This document shows positions 42,169 through 56,526 of a DNA stretch of 64,000 nt, in pieces. Made by a program: the position numbers and the translations under genes. The stretch is from the human T2T-CHM13v2.0 reference genome, Homo sapiens. Positions within the stretch are counted from its first letter, which is position 1; each line of letters starts with the position of its first letter. The DNA is taken from the NCBI RefSeq assembly GCF_009914755.1, contig NC_060938.1; one strand, 5' to 3'. The notes beneath the pieces were generated by a model that worked only from the letters and a program-made list of their open reading frames with translations, was not told the DNA's origin and did no database searches.

Positions 42169-44875
42169 AGAAAGGATTTTCTTAATTAAATTGGATATTG
42201 ACCATAAGGTCAATAAATAAGCAAACACAATTTGCAATACTCTGATTGCCATTGGTCACTACAGGCTTGTCACTAGGGATTAGGCCCTGATGAGCAGGAT
42301 GACAGGTCGTGGGAACAAAGCACCAGGCCTCACAGTGGCATGAGCGATGCTTTCTTTGTACACTTGTTCATGCTGTGTCCTTTAGTTTACTTGCATTATG
42401 AATTGCGATGCCAACAAAGTTTGCAAGGTCAAGGCCAAAGATGATTGAGGTTGAGAAGGCTCGGGGGTGTGTGGCTTGTGAGGCAATGAGATGTTTGTCT
42501 TTCTTGATAAAGTAATTTGATCGTTTTAGCTTGCAATTAAATACTCTGATAGCTACAAAACACCTTTATTATTGAAATTCCTGCAGGAAAACTAACTTTG
42601 TTATTGTGAGCCTCAAATGCCCTAACCTCAACCCCTTTTATCTCTCACTGAATCAATTGGTTTTAAATTCCATTCTGATAAGATAAATTTTCTTAGGAAC
42701 CCAATTATCTCTTTATAGCATATCAGTGTATAAATACACAATCCAGGAGCTGCTACTGCATAGGAATGCATAAAATGGAATGGTAACCCAAAATAATTCT
42801 GCCTGGGGTATGTGGGTGGATAGAGGGAGTGTTAGGGGAGGCTACGGAAAAGAGGTGACATTTAAATAGAAGAATTAGGAATAAGGACCTATTCCCCAAG
42901 CAAATGGAATGGGAAAGACTGCTCCTGGCAAAGGGAATGACTTGAATGTACAAACTCTGGAGAAGTGTAAGTGCATGTCATGTACAGGAGATTATGACGG
43001 GTACAGCTAGTTAAACATTTGCAGGACAAATATAACCGAATGTGTAGCAGGTGCTGTGCCAGGCAATGGCTGTTGGCTGCTGGCTGCTAAGAACAGAGAT
43101 GACTTGGAAAAAGAGGCTGGAGCCAGGAGACAGGCTGGAAGGCCTCATGTATCATTGCCTTAGTGTTTGCATTTATTTCTGAAGACAGCGTGGCGTTCAC
43201 TGTGGTTTTTAAGCACAGGAATGAAGTGATGACACCTAAGTGTAGAAAAAGAATGCAGACAGAATCCTAGAGGGTGGATTAAAGAGAGGAGTGACCAGAA
43301 GCGTATTCTGCAGTCCAGGCTGGGGCAGTTGGGGGTAGGAAGATGTCATGATATATGATTTGAAGGAGCCCCATTGGCATATAGGGCCCTATTTCTTGCA
43401 CCCAGAGATCCATTTCTCCAGCTTCTCAACTCTTCTTTTCATCACCTGCTCTAATTTGCAAAGAATTAACAACAACAACAAAAACCCTAAAAAGCTAAAT
43501 TGGACTCTCTCTCCTAGAGCTTAAATTACTTTAGCAAGGATAACGGCTCCTTTTAGTTTGCAGGGTCTCCTCTTCTAAAGGTTAAAAATAGAAAACATTA
43601 AAATCCTGAAGATAAACCCAAAAAGGATTCCTATTCCCGCTCTGTGGGGTGATACATTTAAAGGGCCCTGGGATCTAGAAATTGCCTGAGTGACAATCTT
43701 CTGTTGATGCATTTTTTTTTTTCTCGTTGAACCAACAGTCAAAGACACAGCCATGTGCTCTTTTACAGAATGGATGGGGTCATTATTGTTAAGTAGGTTC
43801 ATTCTGTTTTGCTTAGCAGACCTGCTTCTAATCACTTCTCTTACTATTTCAGGTTAGGTGGGGGTGGGGATGATGAGAAAGGAGAAGAGGGAATGCCTAT
43901 TTTAGCTGTGGCTTCAAAAATTAACTCGGTTTCCAATGAAGATGTCTCTTCTATTAGATTCGTTCCCTTGGGGCATGCCTGGAACAGCAGCATTTTCTCT
44001 GCACTCCCTGGAATGCTCTTCTGTCCTAGAATTGCACTTTGTGCTGCTGCCCACTCTGCTGGCTTCCCCTTGCCAGAGACTCCCAGAATCACCACTCAGT
44101 GGCCCTGGCTGTGGGCTCTAAGTGGCCCTTTAGGCTTATGTTGATTGGGTGAGCCAACTAATCCAGCCTGGAAATAATGAAACTTTGCTTCCAATGACTC
44201 ATCTAAAAATCTCTTCTAAGCCTTCTTAGCCTTGGGTCCAGTGATATTTACTACAGGATAGACGTGGGAGTGGGGATAGCAGAGGCTCTGGGCCATGTAG
44301 CTTCAGCGCTTACGTAAATTAGAAAGAGAACTCTAGCACCTCCAATGCTGGGAAGACGGAAGGGGCTGGTGGATGGTGGCCCTCCTTCCTTGGTGTCCTC
44401 ATGAGAACTATTACCTTATGCTAGAGAAGACAAAGCACACGTCAGCATGCATCAAGTCTCCTTTTCCATCCTTTCTGAAATTGCTGATAAAATCGTTAAG
44501 TTGTCATGGTCTGTTATTTCAGGAAGGTGTTGTTTTAAAAAATAAGTTGTCTTTGACTTCACTTTCCAAAACTCTTCTGAGACATTATTATTATTACTTT
44601 ATTTAAGCTCAAAGACAAATTTTCCCCCTTAGAGACAGATATATTTTGAGCCAGAAATAGCCCATTTGGGGTTGCAATAGCAATCTGTTGTTCTTCCCTG
44701 CCTGGCATCCCTTCTCCTTCCCCTCGGATAGACAATTAACTCCAAACTTTCCTTTGGAAAACCATGCCATCCCTCACGTCCCACTCTTACTCCCTAAGGC
44801 AATTTTCAGGCTTTCCTTGCTAATAAAATCTCAATTCTTCTTTAGGGAATGATGGGCAAAACGCTAGCTTCATCA

Positions 44876-45290
<415 letters not shown>

Positions 45291-46606
45291 GAGGCGCTAC
45301 AGAAGGCCCTTTGATCTTCTTCCTCCTCAAATGCAGACACAATGGCTGAAGCTGCAGCATTTCATCTACTGGAAAAGGCCAGTCGAATCACAGTTCATTG
45401 GCCCTTCATGTCATTGAGTCACCAACTTAATGCTGGTGACTGCTTACCTCTAGATATATTATTATGTGGGAATAAGAAACATGCTTATTTAAACTACTGC
45501 TAGCCAGATATTATTCTGTTACTTGTGGATGAGCGCATTTCTAACTGATAATACCTGAATTTACACTAACAGAAAATCAGCTGCAAAAGAATGAAATTCC
45601 CAAAAGTGCAATTCATCCCAATATCCATCTCTCCTGTCTATGGAGGGCATCAAGGAGAACAAAACCTAAGAAAACTGGATTGGCTAGTCCAGGAACTCAT
45701 CCTACAGCCAAGCCAGGGAGCTTTGCTATCCCTCTCCAAAAGGATGTGGTATATGCCATGGACTATACCATGTTGTTTCTCTTTTTCAAACACATGTTTT
45801 CAGAGCAACTGTCCTGGTTTTTTCTCCACTCATATGTATTGGGTAAGCTGGTAGACGGTTAAATATCATTTACTCAAAGGCTGCAGATCATGAAGAGCCA
45901 CACTCAGTCTGACGGAGAAGAATACACATCATGAAGAAAGCCTGGGTTTGCAGTGGGCACAGTAACTAGACAAGACTTTGTGTTGTGTCCCTTTGGAGAC
46001 TGAGATTACTGAGTTTAGTGTTGCATGTGGATCAGTTGCATGATGTTTGGCTGGGTACTTTTGAAGGTGGGTTTATGGGAGGAAATGTGCATGAGAGAAG
46101 AGCACTCAAGGGGTGGACTATAGCAGACATCAATTTTCATGTTCTCACCTTCCATTGCCCGTTCCTCTGATAGCAATACCCAGATCTTTCTTTAGAGAAC
46201 TATCCCTTCACTCTCAGCCATTGTGTTTTGGTGGGGCTGGCCATACCCTAACTCCAGAGATGGGTATGTATGAAGTCCATACAAATCAGAATATTTACTC
46301 TTCTCGTCACTGTTACTGCTTCAGGGATGAGCTTGTGTACCATCAAAACCTAATGAGAGTCATCACAGGGGGTTTTGCTGTCATTAATGGGAAAGAAGCT
46401 AGTTATTTTTATTGCCAATCTGGTAGAATGAAGATGTGGAGTTATGGATGGGCATCATTGACAGTGATGGGCAAAACTTTTTTCTAAAGTTAACATAGAA
46501 GGAAAAGAGCAAGAGGTGGAAATACTATTGGTAATTTGAGCTTCTGGATCCAACTGACCTTGACTCTAACCTTGAACTTTTCAACCATATAATGCAATAA
46601 ATTCTA

Positions 46607-46922
46607 TCTCTCTCTCTTTCTCTCTCTCTCACTCTCTTTTGAGGCAGGTTCTTTCTGTCGCCCAGCCTGGAGTGCAGTGATGCTGTCTCGGCTCACTGCA
46701 ACCTCTGCCTCCTGGCTCAAGCAATCCTCCCACCTCAGCTTCCCAAGTAGCCAGGACTACAGGGGCATGTCACCTTCCCTGGCTTATTTTTGTATTTTTT
46801 TGTAGGGATGGGTTCTCGCCATGTTGCCCAGGCTGATCTTGAATTCCTGGGGTCAAGAGATCCTCCTGCCTCAGCCTCCCAAAGTGCACTGGGAGTATAG
46901 GCATGCAGCACAGCACCTGGCC
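46607..46922 (-). mobile_element. AluJb with (CT)n-converted tail
   Basis: Dimer; aaattctat on both flanks. Confidence 0.88.
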
Positions 46923-47401
46923 AAATTCTATTTTTCATTTAAGATAATTTGAGAAGCATTTTTGTCACTTGAAGCAGAAAGAACCCTAATTAGAGAATTA
47001 TCTAGTTTCTTGATCTTAATTTGTAGATGGAAAATATAAAACCACAGAGGGTAAGTGACTTGCCTGAAGTCACATAGCTATTTAATGGCAGAGCCAGGAA
47101 TATAATCCATGTCTCCTGACCCCTGGGCTGTGAAGCTCTTTTTCTGCCTCCAATTAGCAAAAGGACCAGAACTACGGGTGTTCACAGGAAGAGATGTGAT
47201 TTCCAATTGAGATAAGCAGGAGATATTAAGAGGAAATAGCATGGAAACTAGGAAGGGCCCTGAGGTTTTAGATCTGGGAAGGTGAAGGGTGCTCCAGGGA
47301 AACAGGACATTGAAGAAATGTGGGGAGACTCGAAAGCCTAAAGGAGATTTAGGGAGAAGCAAATGCCACTTTTCCTCGAGCAGAGTTCGCATAGGGGAGT
47401 A

Positions 47402-47448
47402 TTAGGTTGGTGCAAAAGTGATTGTGGTTCTTGCCATTAAAGTAATAG
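47402..47448. mobile_element. Half MADE1 (Hsmar1 MITE)
   Basis: ta-ttaggttggtgcaaaagtgattgtggttcttgccatta matches the Hsmar1/MADE1 terminal inverted repeat; second arm absent. Confidence 0.8.
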
Positions 47449-47554
47449 TTTATTTATTACGAATGAAAAAGAGTGAGAAGTGAAGAAGAGGAGAAAAGAA
47501 GCATGAGGAAGAGAAAAAAAGAGAAGGTAGAGGGAAGAGAAAAAGAGAACAATA

Positions 47555-47776
47555 GGCTGGGCATGGTGGCTCACACCTGTAATCCCAGCACTTTGCGGGG
47601 GCCGAGGCGGGCGGATCACCTGAGGTCAGGAGTTCGAGACCAGCCTGGCCAATGTAGTGAAACCCTGTCTCTACTAAAAATACAAAAAAAATAGCTGGGC
47701 ATGGTGGTGCATGCCTGCCTGTAATCCCAGCTACTTGAGAGGCTGAGGCAGGAGAATTGCTTGAACCCGGGAGGTG
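47555..47776 (+). mobile_element. AluS, 3'-truncated
   Basis: Stops at gaacccgggaggtg and joins THE1 sequence directly. Confidence 0.9.
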
Positions 47777-48108
47777 CTGAGACTGGGGGATTTATTAAAA
47801 AAAAAAAAAGGAGGTTTAATGGACTCACAATTCCACATGTCTGGGGAGGCCTCACAATCATGCAGGAAGGTGAAGGAGAAGCAAAGTCATGTCTTACATG
47901 CTGGCAGGCAAGAGAGCATGTGCAGGGGAACTGTCCTTTATAAAATCATCAGATCTTGTGAGACTTATTCACTATCACGAGAACAGCACAGGAAAGACTT
48001 GCCCCTGATTCAATTACCTCCCACCAGGTCCCTCCCATGACACGTGGGGGATTATGGGAGCTACAACTCAAGATAAGATTTGGGTGGGGACACGGCCAAA
48101 CCATATCA
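47777..48108 (-). mobile_element. THE1-type LTR lacking its 3'-terminal ~35-40 bp
   Basis: ctgagactggg...ggactcacaattccacatg...ccaaaccatatca. Confidence 0.88.
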
Positions 48109-48489
48109 GTAAGTTAAAGAAAGAGGAGAGAAATAAGAGACCTAAATTAATACTTCTGCACCTGTTAGGCACTGAATTAAATGCTTTATGCTCAGTTTTT
48201 AATTCTCATGAAACTTATTGGGGGTATTTTTAAATCCCATTTCACATTTACATTTCACATGGTGAAATGTTAAATGACTTGCCCAAGCTCATACCGTGGA
48301 AGTCCTTGCTAGAAGGCCAGGGTTCCAGCCCAGGCCTGCCTGCTCACAAAGCCCTTCCCCTCCATTGCTGGGGCTTTAGAGGCAGAGCTCAGGTCAAAGA
48401 GAGAGAGAAGTGATACCCTGGTCAATTCTATGGAAGCAGTTTCAACGGAGTTAGGAGTTAGCCTGGGCTCTTGATTCTAATCAACTTGA

Positions 48490-48677
<188 letters not shown>

Positions 48678-48969
48678 TAGAGTTTTTTTCTTTAGAAGCC
48701 AGCAAAGGCATTGTTTTTAGCTTCGGGAGCATCCACAATTTATTATGTTAACTCTGTCTCTGCCTTTAGTAATTTTTGCTCTTACCTTCCAAGGCAGTGG
48801 ATGAGAAAAGTCAATAAGCACTTAAGGGACTTCCCTATAACAGGACTACAGTTTGGTCTCAGAATGCTGAAAATTGTGCTTCCATTCGAAGCTCTCCTGG
48901 GGCAGCTCCTACAAGTTGGGTCACTGCATTTTCTTGGGATCACAAAAGATCTACACTCTCCTCTCCTCA

Positions 48970-49470
48970 CCTGTGGAGGATTAAAGGTGCCCATTCATTC
49001 TTTTACATTCCTCCTCTTGAGAGACGGGTCTGTGTTCTTATCCCTTGATTCCGGGTCAGATTCTTGACTGCCTTGACCAACAGAATAACAGTACAATAGT
49101 GATGCTGTGCCAGTTTCCAGGTCTGCAGGGATGGCAGTTCCCAGTTTGTCTCTGGGATCACGTGATTTTGGAGTCCTGAGTTATGATGTAGGATATCTGT
49201 CTATTTTGCTGGAGAGACCAAGTGAGAGGCCCTGAGACTACATGGAAAGAGAGTGGGGTCCACTTGGGCCCACCAATCCCCAGACATGTGGATGAAGCCT
49301 ACTTGGGCCCTCCAGGACAAACCAGGTACTAGTTGAATGGCAGATGGAGCAGAAATGCCCCCACTGAGCCCTGTTCAAACTGCCAATAGCTTATGAACTA
49401 ATAAGATGATTGTTATTTAAGCCACTACATTCAGGGGTTTGGTTGCATAGCAATATATAAGGAGAACAGA
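48970..49470 (+). mobile_element. Old MLT1-type LTR
   Basis: tgtggaggattaaaggtgccc...gtgatgctgtgccagtttccagg...tttaagccactacatt. Confidence 0.6.
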
Positions 49471-50825
49471 ACATCACTAGACAAAGAAGTCTTTTCTGGA
49501 GAGAGGAACAGAGAAGAGACCATTGAGGAATGTCTTCATTTTAGAGGAGGGATGTCAACATCATTCTGTTCCTCCTCAAAATAGTCACAGAAGCAAAATA
49601 CTGTAAGAAAGGTATAATTAGAGGCCTCTCCACCCCACACCCTCATACCCAGCAATGCAGAGGAATTTGGAAAGGAGAAAGTCTAACTGCAGTTGTCCTT
49701 GACATGAGCTGTGTCAGCATGTGGGTTGCAAGAACATCTTTTGTTATTTCTAAAAGGCCTTGTCCCCTAATGCCCAGAGACTGACTAGATGGAACACTTC
49801 TCAGGGGTTTCTGCCAGTCTGTGAGCTGGGCAGGAGCAGGGGCCTTATTGCCCCTCTGGAAAATTGGATGCATTTCCCCCAGGCCCCTGCAACCCACAGC
49901 AGGCATGCTGAGAGGTTGGTGGAAGAAGGCGCCAGGTGGAGCAAGACTAAGCATGGCAGACACAAGAAGAGACGTCCTCTGCATGGAAGGGATGCAGATT
50001 TTGACATGGAAAGTGCTTTGGAATCTGGAACAAAATGGGAAAGAAATACTCTTGCTGTAAGTCTGTCAAAATACATAATCATTCATTCACTCCTTCCACA
50101 ATTATGTACTAAGCCTCTCCAGTGACTTATTAACTCTCAGACATTTATTTATTTTAAAGGAGTCCTTATGCATATACAAACACAAGCTGAAATGAATTTG
50201 GATAAAATAATAGGATACCTGAGATTTGCTTCAAAATAACGCTGGCATGGGGGAAAATAGATGCTCCGAGACACGCCATGAATTAACCAGCTGTTGCAGC
50301 CGGGAGATAGATCCAAGGGCCTTCGGTAAACCTTTATCTCTACTTTTGTATATGTTTGGAATTTTCCATTTAAAAATTAGCATCAAAGCTTCTGGGCAAG
50401 GTGCACATGAAGATTCATGTGTGGTACATGAAAGGGCCGGGAGTTGTTAAGCCGTGGCCCAAGTGGCTTCCAGCCTCTCACCCATTTAAAGGGCCCCCGT
50501 GTCCACTCCTGGCTCTATGTGTCCAAAAGACACATCTGATTGCACCCCAACTCTTCTTTGAGAAAGACCAAGGCCATGGAAGCCCTGCTCTCCATCCCAG
50601 CCCACACGCTCATGTTCCCCTCTCTCCACTCCCCACTCCCTGCCCTCTGCACTCTGAACACACCAGCCTTCTTCAAAGTCCTCCAGCTCACCACCCTCCC
50701 TCCTGCCTCAGGACCCTTGTTCCTGCTGTTTCCCCTTCTGGAATGTTCTCCCACCTTCTTTCGCTTACTGTGCTCAATGAACTTGCTCTTCTCCTTCTGT
50801 TTATGCTTTAGAGGTTACTTCCTTG

Positions 50826-51303
50826 GTATGGTAGGCCCCCAAAGATGTCCATGTCCTAATCCCCCAAACTCATGAATATGTTACCTGGCATGACAAAAGG
50901 GACTTTGCAGGTCTGCTTAAGGTAAGGATCTTGAGATGGGGAGATGTTCCTGGATGACCTGGGTGAGCCCAATCACAAGGGTTCTTATAAGGTGAAGGCG
51001 GGAATGTTAGAGTTGGAGAAGATGTGGCAATGGAAGCAGAGGTCAGAGCAGTGGGTTGCTGGCTTTGAAGATGCAAGGAGGCCATGAGCTAGTGCAAGTG
51101 GCCTCTAATAGCTGGAAAAGGCAAGGAACAGATTTTTCTTTACAGCCTCCAGAAGACATGCAGCCCTGCCAAGACCTTGATTTTAGCTCAATGAGACCTA
51201 CTTTGGACTTCTGACCTCCAGAACTGAAAGAGAATAAGTTTGTGTTGTTTTAAGCTGCTGCATTTGTAGTACTTTGTTGTAGCAGCCATAGGGAAGCAAT
51301 ACA
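50826..51303 (+). mobile_element. MLT1D-type MaLR LTR
   Basis: ggcccccaaagatgtccatgtcctaatccc...aagggactttgcag...gcagccatagggaagcaataca. Confidence 0.85.
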
Positions 51304-52210
51304 TTTGAGGAAGGCTCCTCTTTCCCCGGCCCCTGTCCTCCCACCCGTAGATAAGGTGTCCCTCTTACATACGGTCATGACCCTCACTGCAGGGTGTAAT
51401 TATTTTCTTGGGTGATTACTTGTGGGATATCTTTTGACACCCTAAACTGTGAGCTTCAGAAAGGTTGGGACTCGAGGTGTGCTCACCATTGAGTGCCCAG
51501 AGGCTAGCCTGGGCCCCATCAAGGGAGCCTGGGGCTCACTGTGGCCAGCCTCACCGGTGGTCCAGCTGAGTCCAAGCCCCAGCTCTGGCCACTGGACTTT
51601 CCCTCTGTGTCTCCGAGGTTTGGTCCCATAGGCACCCAATTCCTCCCACATTGAAGTCATGTCTGTCTCTCCTCCCCACTCCACCCTGGGCTTTTGAAAG
51701 ACCACACTTATGCTCCCGTGGCTGAGATCACACCATTAGGAGGCTTTGGGGGTCATGCCAGCCTGGTCGAGTCATGGCTTTGTCACTTACAAGCTGCGTG
51801 ACTTTGGACAAGTTCCTTTACCTTCCCGAACCTTGGTTTCTTCATGTATATACTGTGGATACAATACCTCTAGTGTTGATTAATAAGAAGGTAGAATTAA
51901 AACATCCAGCACAGACCTGAGCTGAACAGGAAAATGAGGGATTAGTTCCTTTCTCTGTTCTTAACACTGGGCTGTGCGCATCCACTGGGGCTATCAGTGA
52001 GGAAATTTCTGACGATTCCCGTCCTCCCTGTACCCCACCTCCATCACTTATTCAATCCAACCCTAAGCTTTTCTTAGCCCTCCAGGTCCCAGGCACCTGC
52101 AAGAGGCCTTGAGCCAAACGTGGTTTCCCTAATATAGGGAACAGTGTTAAATTCCAAGGCTCCGACAAAGTGAGCTCCTGAGCAAGGACTCTTCCTGCCA
52201 CTCAGGCTCA

Positions 52211-52499
<289 letters not shown>

Positions 52500-54011
52500 A
52501 GTCAGGGGGAAGGAAGATACTAGTCCCTGGAGATAATCATACCTATTGGAGGAGCAGCAGCATCTGGTCAGGGAAAGAGCATGGATCCAGCAGTCAAACA
52601 ATTGCTCTTGTTTAGTGTGTAGAATCACAGAACTGAGGTGGCAGATGGTCTGTCATCATGTTTTTCAGATATGGGAAGTGAGGCCTGTAGAGGAGAACTA
52701 AGGATCCAGGCAATTAAGAAAAGATCCCGGGTCTCCCATTTCCCAGAGCAAAGCTATTTCCCATTGCGACTTTTTAGGCTGCAAGTGTAGGAAGTTGTTG
52801 GCTTACAAAAGTGAATTCCTAAGATAAAATTGGTTTCAGGTGTGGCTGTATCCAGGCATTCAAGTGATGCTCCAAGTCTCTATCACTGCAGATTTCTCCA
52901 TATATTGACTCTACTGTCACTCCTTCTATTTGTACATTGGCGTCATCCTCTCCTGTCTTGGATAGGATCCCTTCACAAAACAGGGAAAATGGCTTACAGT
53001 TTGAGATCAAAACTACAAGAAAAGACTTTCAGTTTAAGATCCAAATGGAAGAGCAACTTTTCTCTTAGCTTCTATCCATCAAATCCTCAGAAAGACTCCA
53101 TTAAGATCTCTTGGGTCCCATACCCACCCCTTGAAGCAATCACAGGGAATAGGATGTGAGCTAGCATGACTGGATGACTTTGAGTCATTTGTCCAGCCCG
53201 TGACCAGGGGTGGAGGGACACTAAGATTGGCTGTTGGACCAGAATATGTGGAATAGGGGAGAAGCAGTTCTCCAGTGGTGAAGGGAATAATTGAGACACT
53301 AAACAGAACAGAGAAAAGAAGTCCACTTTATCTCCTTGAGGGACCTGGCCAGGAGTCAGCAGAGGCTGCCTCTAGGGGACAGCCAGGCTCTGCTTAGCCA
53401 GCATCCAGCACAGTACCTGACACATATTTGTTGTCTCTGTGAATGGAAACTGTTCCTTACCAGCTTCACAGATGCTCCTCTGACCCCAAACCTCAATCCC
53501 ACAAGTAGTTTTCTCTGTGGCCTTGCACCACATCAACTCAGAGCTCTTTGTTTGAGAAATGGGCCAAGATAGCCCTCTTTGGAGGCCTCTTCACCTGGGA
53601 GGTCTTTCTCCCATGAAGGCTGGGGAAGGTCGAGTTTTCCAAAAGGGTCCTGTGATAGTAAAAGCAGGACAGAGCTTCCACCTTCCACATAGATACATGG
53701 GATCACTATTTTCTATATTTTTAGCATAGGGTTGCTAGTCTTTGTTTTTTTTTTTTTAAAGGCTACCATGTATTTAATTACTTTTAAAATTAATTATTTA
53801 AAAGTATTGAATGTACTGACTTTTTAAAGAATCAAACAGTATAGGATGATAGAAGAGAAAAAGTGAAAATTCTCTTTCCCTCCCTTCTTAATCCCTAAAC
53901 CTCACTTCCTAGAGATGATACTGTCAACAGGTTCCCATCTGCCCTTTCAAAACACTTTCTACATGTAAATGGATATCTAATTTTTTAAAATATAAATGGG
54001 CTCGTACTACA

Positions 54012-55110
54012 CAATACCATTCAGGACATAGGCATGAGCAAGGACTTCATGACTAAAACACCAAAAGCAATGGTAACAAAAGCCAAAATAGACAAATGGG
54101 ATCTAATGAAACGAAAGAGCTTCTGCACAGCAAAAGAAACTACCATCAGAGTGAACAGGCAACCTAGAGAATGGGAGAAAATTTTTAAAATCTACCCAAC
54201 TGACAAAGGGCTAATATCCAGAATCTACAAAGAACTTAACCAAATTTACAAGAAAATAATCAAACAACCCCATCAAACAATGGGCAAGGATATAAACAGA
54301 CACTTCTCAAAAGAAGACATTTATGCAGCCAACAGACACATGATCACTGGCCATCAGAGAAATGCAAATCAAAACCACAATGAGATACCATCTCACACCA
54401 GTTAGAATGGCGATCATTAAAAAGTCAGGAAACAACAGGTGCTGGAGAGGATGTGGAGAAATAGGAACACTTTTACACTGTTGGTGGGACTGTAAACTAG
54501 TTCAACCTTTGTGGAAGACAGTGTGGCAATTCCTCAAGGATCTAGAACTAGAAATACCATTTGGCCCAGCAATCCCATTACTGGGTATATACCCAAAGGA
54601 TTATAAAGCATGCTGCTATAAAGGCACATGAACATGTATGTTTATTGTGGCACTATTCACAATAGCAAAGACTTGGAACCAACCCAAATTTCCATCAATG
54701 ATAGACTGGATTAAGCAAATGTGGCACATATACACCATGGAATACTATGCAGCCATATAAAAGGATGAGTTCATGTCCTTTGTAGGGACATGGATGAAGC
54801 TGGAAACCATCATTCCGAGCAAACTATCGCAAGGACAGAAAACCAAACACCACATGTTCTCACTCATAGGTGGGAATTGAACAATGAGAACACTTGGACA
54901 CAGGGTGGGGAACATCACACAATGGGGCCTGTCGTGGGTTGGGGGGAGTGGGGAGGGATAGCATTAGGAAATATACCTAATGTAAATGACGAGTTAATGG
55001 GTGCAGCACACCAACATGGCACATGTATACATATGTAACAAACCTGCATGTTGTGCACATGTACCCTAGAACTTAAAGTATAATAAAAAAATTAGAAATA
55101 AATAAATATG
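54012..55110 (+). mobile_element. L1PA (about PA5-7), 5'-truncated 1.1-kb 3' end
   Basis: Frameshifted ORF2 C-terminus ([10 protein letters not shown]; [31 protein letters not shown]); 3' UTR with older GAG and acttaAagtata alleles; A-rich tail. Confidence 0.93.
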
Positions 55111-55243
55111 AAAAAAAGTATTACCAAATTAATTATGTTTAAGCCCTTGTTTGCTAAACTTACATACATGGAAAACTTTATTAATACCCCTATAAACAGT
55201 CTGAAAAACAGTTTGGGAAACACCAAATGTATTCATTAAACTA

Positions 55244-55702
<459 letters not shown>

Positions 55703-56221
55703 CTATGGACAAGATTTTAGAAAGTGACTAACTGCCCAGAGAGAAAGCAGGAGACTTCAAGGAGGAGAGGTCATTTGGCATTGGGTCATGAAGGATGAGC
55801 AGGAGTTCAACCAGCCATCAACCATGTGGGCATTCCAGGAAGAGGGAACGGCCTGGACAAGAGCACAGTACATTAGGAAATGGCAAGAGTCCAGTGTGGC
55901 TGCAGAACAAGAGTCTGGGGAGAGGTCGGGTATCAACTCAAGGCCTGAGGCCAAGAGGTGAAGGACCTACAGGAATCTGGGCTTTCATGAACCTGGGCTT
56001 TCAAGAATCCTGGGTGAGGTCACTAAATGTTCCATGTATGGGAGATGTGATTGGACTTGTGTGTTAGAAACATTAATCAAGCCTCAGAGTGGAAGCTGGA
56101 TTGCGGGGGGGTGAGCCCTGGAAGCCACTGCCATGGTCTAGGTCTGAAATGGTAACACCGTTTAAACATTGGTAATGAAAGAGGCCAGGATACACTGGGG
56201 GCCTATTTAAGATGCACAATT

Positions 56222-56526
56222 AGCCGGGAGTGGAGGCTCACGTCTGTAATCCCTGTACTTTGGGAGGCTGAAGCGGGCAGATCACTTGAGGTCAGGAGTT
56301 CAAGACCAGCCTGGCCAACATGGTGAAACCCCATCTCTACTGAAAATACAAAAATTAGTTGGGCCTGGTGGTGTGCACCTGTAATCCAAGCTACTTGGGA
56401 GGCTGAGGCAGGAGAATCAAACCCAGGAGGCAGAAGTTGCAGTGAGCAGAGATCATGCCACTGCACTCCAGCCTGGGTGACAGAGCAAGACTCAGTCTCA
56501 AAAACAAACAAACAAACAAACAAAAA
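56222..56526 (+). mobile_element. AluS with (CAAA)n tail, within an L2 remnant
   Basis: Full dimer; flanks atgcacaat / atgtacaat. Confidence 0.9.

Noticed and set aside
49930-49943. CTCF-like gcgccaggtggagc
   Set aside because: Mismatches at core positions; cannot be supported without PWM scoring or ChIP.
54034-55038. ORFs resembling a real protein
   Set aside because: Frameshifted C-terminal L1 ORF2 pieces of a 5'-truncated L1PA; not a gene.
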